Part shown: in pieces, positions 55,290-64,000 of the stretch
How the letters are laid out: every line of letters begins with the position of its first letter
Position numbering within the stretch: the stretch's first letter is position 1
From: a bacterium
GTDB lineage: Bacteria > Babelota > Babeliae > Babelales > UBA12409
Direction of reading: 5' to 3'
DNA: 64,000 bases
Assembly (NCBI GenBank): GCA_021823685.1
Contig: JAKANL010000003.1
Location: 18,189 to 82,188, forward strand
Notes under the pieces: generated by a model
What the model was told of the DNA's origin: nothing
The model's input: the letters and a program-made list of their open reading frames with translations, nothing else
The model's database searches: none
Translations under genes and position numbers: made by a program

Positions 55290-56170
55290 CGATATGATAG
55301 CACCGTAAAAAAGCCACGATAAATAACATTTTTTAAGCGGTGCTATCATGAGAAAAGAGTATATCAATGAATTTGCTTGGAACAAAATTTTTAAATTTTT
55401 GCGATCTCAAAAAGGTTTGTACGTAAAAACAGAAGCCTCAGCCAAAAATTTTGCTGAAGGAGTCTTCTGGATGGCGCGAACCGGAGCTCAATGGCGAGAG
55501 TTGCCGGAGAATTATGGAAAGTGGAACAGTGTGTTCAAAAGATTTAACGAATGGTCACAAAAAGAAGTTTGGAGCAAACTTCTTGAATTTTGCGTCGAAG
55601 ATCCCGATCTTGAATATATAAGTATTGATGCAACTATAGTACGTACGCATGTGCTGCTGGATATGGGAATCAGGCCGCTGAGGGGCTTGGTCGAAGTCGG
55701 GGTGGTTTTACCAGTAAAATTCATGCAAAAGCTGATGCACTTGGAAATTCATTGAAAATGTTGATTACCCCTGGTCAAACAAGTGACTTTGTAAGCGCCC
55801 CAGAGTTACTTACAAACATTGAAGGAACAATCTATGTGTTAGGAGACAGGGGATATGATTCAGCACAGATCAGAGAACGAATAAGAGGCCAAAAAAGTGC
55901 GCCAGTTATACCGTCCAAATCAAACAGCAAATCGCCTGCTGATTATGACAAATATATTTATAAAGAACGCCATGTTGTTGAATGCTTCTTTTTAAAATTA
56001 AAGTATTTCAGGCGGATTTTTTCTCGTTTTGATAAATCAATGCGAAATTTGCTTCGTTTCTATCGTTTGTTGGAGCTTGCATATGGTTGCGATGAAAACT
56101 CAACAGAACCTAATCATCATTGCATAAATTATCACAGTAACTCTTCAAAACGATAGACTTGATCAAGTCG
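55290..56170 (+). mobile_element. IS5-family (IS427/IS1031-like group) insertion sequence, ends not defined, transposase disrupted
   Basis: Transposase blocks ...WMARTGAQWRELPENYGKWNSVFKRFNEWS..., ...GRSRGGFTSKIHAKADALGNSLKMLITPGQ... (seen in a shifted frame), ...VLGDRGYDS..., ...YKERHVVECFFLKLKYFRRIFSRFDK.... I could not identify terminal inverted repeats. Confidence 0.7.
55348..56095 (+). pseudogene. IS5-family DDE transposase with two frame disruptions
   Basis: Track ORFs 55348-55755 and 55752-56156. Homology continues in the -1 frame from about 55650 (ACAAGYGNQAAEGLGRSRGGF...) with no slippery heptamer. The canonical end FASFLSFVGACIWLR* (stop 56093-56095) is in a different frame from FDKSMRN. 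Confidence 0.7.
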
Positions 56171-56231
56171 TGACTTCTTAATTTTAACTTTATGAGCCTA
56201 TTTCCCTAAAAAAATGATTTATAGGAAAAAA

Positions 56232-57050
56232 CTAAAAACCACCCATTTTATTGTAGATCCAATCGGGAGTTATGTTTAGAAGAAGCCCGATGAGCAGCCA
56301 GCGTTTAGGAACATAGGCAACCTTTTTTTTAGCCTCAATGGCAGCAACAATATCTTTTGCCGCGACCGTTGATGGCACAACCCAATACCCATAATTTTGA
56401 TTTTCTTTATCGATTATCACTTCTTCGGTCGTTTGAATCCAACCGGGACGTATTTCGGTTACATCAATCGGTATATTGAGCTGAATAAAACGGTTCCGCA
56501 TACCCTCCAAAAGCGTCGCCATAAACGATTTAGAGGCGCAATATGACGGATTTAAAGAATTGCCGCGCAACGCGTCAGTCGAAGATATCCCGACAATGTG
56601 CCCGTGATTTTGTTTCAAGAAATAATTTAAAGCGAAGTTAAAAACTGCCGTACAGCCCATCACGTTTACGGTAATGGTATCGCGCTGCCAACTAAAGGGA
56701 ATTTGCTTATCTTTGGGCATCATCCCTTGCTGACTTTCTGGCCAAATCCCTGAATTAACAACAACCAAATCAAGCCCGCCTAATTCCGTTACTAACTCCT
56801 GGAGCACGCCCTGAATCTTATCCGTCTCCATAAGATCTAACGATCGTACACAGGTTTTGGTTGGCAGCTCTTGCTTAAGCGTATTAAGTAACTCAATCTT
56901 TCTGCTACAGATACCCAGTTCATAGCCCTTGCCGACAAGCACTTTGGCAATTTCGCGCCCAATCCCCGTCGATGCGCCAACCACGATAGCCTTTTTAGCT
57001 ACCGGATATGTAAAAAAAACAGTACCGAAAAAATAACCCGAAAAAAACAC
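56232..57050 (-). CDS. short-chain dehydrogenase/reductase (SDR)
   Basis: 272 aa. KKAIVVGASTGIGREIA (TGxxxGxG), NSG, and YCASKSF (YxxxK). Confidence 0.85.
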   Translation of the reverse strand: MFFSGYFFGTVFFTYPVAKKAIVVGASTGIGREIAKVLVGKGYELGICSRKIELLNTLKQELPTKTCVRSLDLMETDKIQGVLQELVTELGGLDLVVVNSGIWPESQQGMMPKDKQIPFSWQRDTITVNVMGCTAVFNFALNYFLKQNHGHIVGISSTDALRGNSLNPSYCASKSFMATLLEGMRNRFIQLNIPIDVTEIRPGWIQTTEEVIIDKENQNYGYWVVPSTVAAKDIVAAIEAKKKVAYVPKRWLLIGLLLNITPDWIYNKMGGF

Positions 57051-57149
57051 TACTCTTCATGCGCTCCCTCTAAAAAACCCTACCCTGAATAACACGTAGC
57101 ATAATAAACGTTATTCAAGCAATGCTTTTGCCCGCTATAAGCCCCACTC

Positions 57150-57179
57150 TAGAAATATTTTTTGGCAATGAGCTAAGCT
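57150..57179 (+). promoter_or_regulatory. candidate promoter (TAGAAA-18-TAAGCT) of toxin copy 3
   Basis: TAAGCT at 57174-57179 lies within a ~27-nt block shared with 33215-33241. The -35 is weaker than in the other two copies. Confidence 0.3.
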
Positions 57180-57208
57180 GTCACTTTGTCTTTTTTAGGA
57201 GGGTTGGC

Positions 57209-58554
57209 GTGAGACAGTTGTGGATCGTTTTTTTACTTGCCGCGCAAAGCATAATAGCAGTCGATTGGATGGTGCCGCCGCGCATTTTACGCCAGCAAGA
57301 AACAGCAATCGCAGTGGCGTTTTTGCCACAAAAAACGCCACTGCAAGTTCAGTCACAAAACGAGTTTGTCGATGGCGGTTCTGCGCTTATGGATTGGGTC
57401 ATCCGGCAGCGTGATTACATGCCTGCATATCACGAAAGCATTCCAACCCCAGAAAATACTGTGTCGCCAACAAACCAAAATAATAATCAGCCTAAAAAAG
57501 TCGTGCTCGCGCATGCTTCCGCCGTCGCTAAAGCTAAGGCGGACAGGTCTTCGGGCAACTGGCGATCGACCAAAAAAACAACTGGTCAAGCCAACGCGGC
57601 TGCTGCGGCCGTCTTGCGGAAGCAACAGATAAAACAACTCTACACAAACTTCTGTTCACAACTCGATAATAAAACAATTGATACCAAGAATTACCAAATA
57701 ATCGATAAACGCGTTCGCGCACTCAAAGCAACTCTCGACCATCCTGGTCAGATTCAGGAACGAAGCATAAAATTTTCAGCGCAAGAACAAGCCGAGCTTT
57801 TAAAATCTGGCGTGCCAGCAGCGGCGCTTACTTCGCTACGCGGCAACGCTGCGCAAGCCGAACTACACGAAGAATACGGGTCAGTTTTTGAACAGTGGGC
57901 ACAAAAGAACAGCAGACTGCCCAACAAATATCCACCCAGCAAGCAACACCGATTTCTTCTCCCGGCCTACAACCAGCTGTTTCTGAAAAACCAATCGTTA
58001 CCGCCGCTTTTTCTGGGCCATTACCAGCGCCTGGCACCCAACAGTTGCTCAAAGTGTTTGCGCTGCCCGAACAGCAACGGAAGGCAATTATTGCCCGATA
58101 CGGCAAACCAATTTCTGAAACAGATGGCCTTTGTTTTAAGAATCCACTCCATTTGATAACAATTGATGTGAGAAAAATTGATCAAAAAACTGGTATCGTC
58201 AAAGAGTGGATGGGATTCCATCATGATCATTTAAATACACTTGAGCGGAACAATGTTGTCAAAATAACCAGCAGGAATGATTTTGGTGATAGTTTTTATG
58301 AAGCAATCGTAGCGTATGGAACGCAAGTGCCAAAGAAAAAATCTTTTTTCCCAGCCGAATGGCCGCCGGAAAAAGTCTTTGAAAAAGTTCTTGAGGCCTA
58401 TGAAAACATTATCGAAACAACTTCAACAAACTCAGGTGGACAAAAAATAATTGGTTGGCTTGAAAAGGAGCAAAAAACAATCGAGATTATAATGGACAAA
58501 AACAGGAATATTATTACAGCATACCCAAAACTGCTATACGAGGGGTCCAAATGA
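57209..58554 (+). pseudogene. EndoU-like toxin copy 3, internally deleted (~0.8 kb) and frameshifted
   Basis: GTG 57209 after AGGAGG gives VRQLWIVFLLAAQSIIA. Homology to copy 1 runs to ...FEQWAQK (about 57900), then jumps to ...EQQTAQQISTQQATP... in another frame (track ORFs 57122-58156 and 57895-58554). The C-terminal EndoU-like domain is intact (GFHHDH...KKSFFPAEWPPEKVFEKVLEAY...IITAYP). Confidence 0.7.
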
Positions 58555-58919
58555 AAAAATTATTTCTATATAAAAGTGCATGCGGCTATTGGAAACCAAA
58601 AGAGAGCCTCGATTCAAACATGGAGCTTCTCTGGTCTTTTTTCGCTGACGATTCAATCAAATTTCTCGAATATAGTCTGGAATTTTTACAAAAAAACAAA
58701 GATTGGGAATCCGCGGGGGGCGATGCTATCGATCTTAGACGCCATGATGGCCAAATAACTTTAAGTTACGAATTCGAAGAAGATGGACCATCGTTTACGA
58801 TCAAAGAAAGTGAGCTGGAAAAGATTCTTGTCGGATGGCTTAAATTGGTCAAATCGGGCGCAAAGGAAATCATGATCGAAAGCCAAGATGATGAGCATTA
58901 TACGATAACGGGAAAATAG
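58551..58919 (+). CDS. candidate cognate immunity protein (copy 3)
   Basis: 122-aa intact ORF with ATGA overlap with the toxin remnant. Closest to copy 2 (…FLEYSLEFLQKNKDW.SAGG…). Confidence 0.7.
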   Translation: MKKLFLYKSACGYWKPKESLDSNMELLWSFFADDSIKFLEYSLEFLQKNKDWESAGGDAIDLRRHDGQITLSYEFEEDGPSFTIKESELEKILVGWLKLVKSGAKEIMIESQDDEHYTITGK

Positions 58920-59169
58920 CGGACACGTGGTAACATCCTTCGATAAACTCAGGATGAGCGGGGTGTGATGTGTGAAGTTACCCTTCGATGGAGCGCGTCG
59001 ATGCGCACAGAATCTCGCCGTGCCCGTTCATAGCTGTAAGCGTAGACAGGCATAGCCCGCGCGTAGCCACAAGCGAAGACGGGCGACGACGGATAAGCGA
59101 GCACGTGGAAACATCCTTCGACATACTCAGGATGATTGGGTGTGAGTTCGGAATGAGCGGGGTGTGAAA
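58920..59169. repeat. GC-rich palindromic intergenic repeat cluster, copy R5
   Basis: Direct repeats CACGTGG(T/A)AACATCCTTCGA(T/C)A(A/T)ACTCAGGATGA at 58924 and 59102. The middle section parallels R2 (ACCCTTCGATGGAGCGCG...GAATCTCGCCG; GTAAGCGTAGACAGGC...). Confidence 0.65.
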
Positions 59170-60057
59170 TCAGGATTGGCGCGGCTTGAAATACTGATAA
59201 GCAGGGGCGGTGGTCGGAATGAGCGAATGTACGAGCCCTCGGACCGGGGCTGGTTGCATTTGGCGATCCAAGAGCGCAATTGATTCATCATCCAATTCAA
59301 AATTTTTCACTTTTTCATCCAAATACCCATATCGCAACCCAATAAATTTACAACCACGTTGTTTGGCGATTTTTGCGGCGGAGCGCAAATGCGACTCTTT
59401 GTCGTCGATAAATACGATCATGCGCGGATTAAAACCAAGGCGATCTAACAATTGGGAAACCGCTACGCCTTTATCATTGCCCCAACAAAAAAGAATACCG
59501 TGTTCAAACCGCATACGAGAAGATCCATCGTTAAGCGCAATCGTTTGTCCGGCAAGCACGCTAGAATCAAACATGATGCCAACACCATGTAATTGGCGCA
59601 TCGTCAACGCCGCTAACGATAATTGACGCGCAGTAACGGCAATAACCGGAACCCGTGCGCTTATCAGCTCACGCACCAATTGAGCACCCTGCGCTTCAAC
59701 GGGTTGCATGATCACCCGATACAACAACCGTATCCATAATGGCCTCACATGCTCAATGGCTTCCTGAAACGCGAGCCCTTTGGCTTGGCAATACCGCACA
59801 CAGGCATCAAACCACTGGTCGCTGGCAATATCTGTTGTCGGTTCAATTAACGTGTTATCGATATCGAATAAAATAAGAACGTCGGTGACCGATCCGCGGT
59901 TGAGCGCGTCAGAAAATATAATATCGCGCACCTGCGCCATTGAAGAAACGTTGATAATGCGGCTGCTTGGCCGACGCCACGCAACAACACACCCAACCGC
60001 CATGATCCCCAACAAACCGAGAACTAGTATTACTTTTTTTATCGTCACCTTGAACAT
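59170..60057 (-). CDS. HAD-superfamily hydrolase-like protein with N-terminal membrane anchor
   Basis: Track ORF is 59170-60183. The ATG at 60057 gives MFKVTIKKVILVLGLLGIMAVGCVVAW and removes the overlap with the NUDIX gene. LILFDIDNTLIE carries the HAD DxDxT motif. Confidence 0.65.
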   Translation of the reverse strand: MFKVTIKKVILVLGLLGIMAVGCVVAWRRPSSRIINVSSMAQVRDIIFSDALNRGSVTDVLILFDIDNTLIEPTTDIASDQWFDACVRYCQAKGLAFQEAIEHVRPLWIRLLYRVIMQPVEAQGAQLVRELISARVPVIAVTARQLSLAALTMRQLHGVGIMFDSSVLAGQTIALNDGSSRMRFEHGILFCWGNDKGVAVSQLLDRLGFNPRMIVFIDDKESHLRSAAKIAKQRGCKFIGLRYGYLDEKVKNFELDDESIALLDRQMQPAPVRGLVHSLIPTTAPAYQYFKPRQS

Positions 60058-60130
60058 GTTTCCCCTATAAAACAAATCACCTGGCACGAAAACTATCGTT
60101 TTGGCAAAACGTTCAAAAAATCTCTCACCC

Positions 60131-60679
60131 CTATGAAGATAACGAAATCCACTTATCAAACATAGCAATAACCGATGGCTCATTGGTAGGTAATTGTGTG
60201 CGATCTTGAGTTATCCAGCGTAATTCTTTCGATTCGGAATTGCCGACGGTGGTTTCAGATCCGATTACCTGCAGTAAAAAACGCACATCGTAATGCAAAT
60301 GATCCGGATGAGATTTACTCGCCGGAAGAAAGTGAATGTCGATATCAAAGATATCTTTATGCACGCACGATATCTCCTGAATACCTGATTCTTCTTGCGC
60401 CTCTTTAACCGCAACGGCAAGCACGTCGGGATTGCCATCACAATGTCCGCCCAGCTGCAGCCATTTATCAAGTTTGGTATGGTGCATTAAGAGTGCTCTT
60501 GAGTGATCGTTATTCAAGAGCCACGCCGAAGCCGTAACATGTCCTATAGAAAGCGAACGCTCAAAACAATCAGAATGCGCTTGCACAAACGCCAGAATTT
60601 TTTGTTTACACAGTTGCTCTCTCTGAGCAATGGGTTCGTAGGCTCGGAGCAAATCGATCAACGGCTTACGTATAGGCAT
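60131..60679 (-). CDS. NUDIX hydrolase
   Basis: 182 aa. Nudix box GGHCDGNPDVLAVAVKEAQEESGI (Gx5Ex7REUxEExGU-like). Confidence 0.85.
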   Translation of the reverse strand: MPIRKPLIDLLRAYEPIAQREQLCKQKILAFVQAHSDCFERSLSIGHVTASAWLLNNDHSRALLMHHTKLDKWLQLGGHCDGNPDVLAVAVKEAQEESGIQEISCVHKDIFDIDIHFLPASKSHPDHLHYDVRFLLQVIGSETTVGNSESKELRWITQDRTQLPTNEPSVIAMFDKWISLSS

Positions 60680-60739
60680 AGTTAATCCACGATTACCAAC
60701 ACTAAACCAACATTACGCACAAAAAAACTTTGCGGATAT

Positions 60740-60773
60740 AAAAAAAGGGCGCTTGTCATACAACAAACGCCCC
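60740..60773 (-). terminator. intrinsic terminator after 5S rRNA
   Basis: rc reads GGGCGTTTG-ttgtatga-CAAGCGCCC (one mismatch) followed by TTTTTTT, located ~10 nt downstream of the 5S 3' end. Confidence 0.6.
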
Positions 60774-60782
60774 AAATTAAAA

Positions 60783-60896
60783 CCTGGCAGTACCTACTTT
60801 CCCAGGCCGTCGCCAGCCAAGTATAATCGGCGCTGTGGACTTCACTGCCGTATTCGGAATGGGAACGGGTGTTACCCCACAGCTATTGCCACCAGG
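60783..60896 (-). rRNA. rrf: 5S ribosomal RNA
   Basis: rc reads CCTGGTGGCAATAGCTGTGGGGTAACACCCGTTCCCATTCCGAATACGGCAGTGAAGTCCACAGCGCCGATTATACTTGGC...GGGAAAGTAGGTACTGCCAGG. Canonical 5S helices and the CCGAAC/CCGAAT loop region are present. Confidence 0.92.
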
Positions 60897-60989
60897 AAAC
60901 TTTTAAAAATTTCAATTCTTGTGAACATGTTTGTAATTCGAGCCTACCGTTAACAACGATTGCTCAATGAGTAGTTTCTAGAATTTATA

Positions 60990-64000
<3,011 letters not shown>

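Noticed and set aside
55290-55347. Terminal inverted repeats of the IS element (for example TGATAGCACCG / CGGTGCTATCA at 55296-55344)
   Set aside because: Both arms of that inverted repeat lie at the left end only, so it is a local hairpin. I found no matching sequence at the right end (56096-56170). The element boundaries are therefore left undefined.
55640-55760. Programmed ribosomal frameshift joining the two IS transposase ORFs
   Set aside because: There is no slippery heptamer (A AAA AAG-type) or downstream structure at the point where homology changes frame. A second frame break near the 3' end (FDKSMRN | FASFLSFVGACIWLR*) also argues for mutational decay rather than programmed recoding.

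Overview
Bacterial chromosomal window, apparently from a host-associated (possibly intracellular or protist-associated) lineage; that lifestyle guess is inference only. Layout: (i) 1-7.85 kb, minus strand: tRNA-Tyr/Gly/Thr/Thr/Trp - secE - nusG - rplK - rplA - rplJ - rplL - rpoB. rpoB runs off the left edge and there is no tuf in the cluster. (ii) 8-21.6 kb: housekeeping genes (tsaE, NYN/YacP, a solitary atpG, HD hydrolase, murA, tdk, radA, S9 peptidase) interleaved with signal-peptide ORFans and a Hint-domain protein. (iii) 21.6-41.5 kb: accessory island. It holds three tandem mini membrane proteins, a Fic protein, and two inverted copies of a large Sec-signal toxin with an EndoU-like RNase C-terminus, each followed by a 4-nt-overlapping immunity gene. 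It also holds an orphan EndoU-CT/immunity module, a Hint-domain toxin with a colicin-E3-like rRNase C-terminus followed by an ankyrin-repeat protein, a four-member family of secreted membrane proteins, and GC-rich palindromic repeats. (iv) 41.8-54 kb: OMP-like barrel, PRTase, prs, acpS plus an acyl-ligase/ACP/acyltransferase fusion, FKBP, crcB and ORFans. (v) 54-59.2 kb: decayed ATPase/RelE fragments, a RING-like/ankyrin effector candidate, a frameshifted IS5-family element, an SDR, and a third, internally deleted toxin copy with an intact immunity gene. (vi) 60.8-64 kb, minus strand: 5S and 23S rRNA (23S runs off the right edge). Main hunt result: a multi-copy, apparently recombining toxin/immunity arsenal with a delivery region I cannot assign to any known family, plus a promoter-like element shared between unrelated toxin genes. 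All domain calls are from reading the translations and from memory of family motifs; none has been checked by a search.
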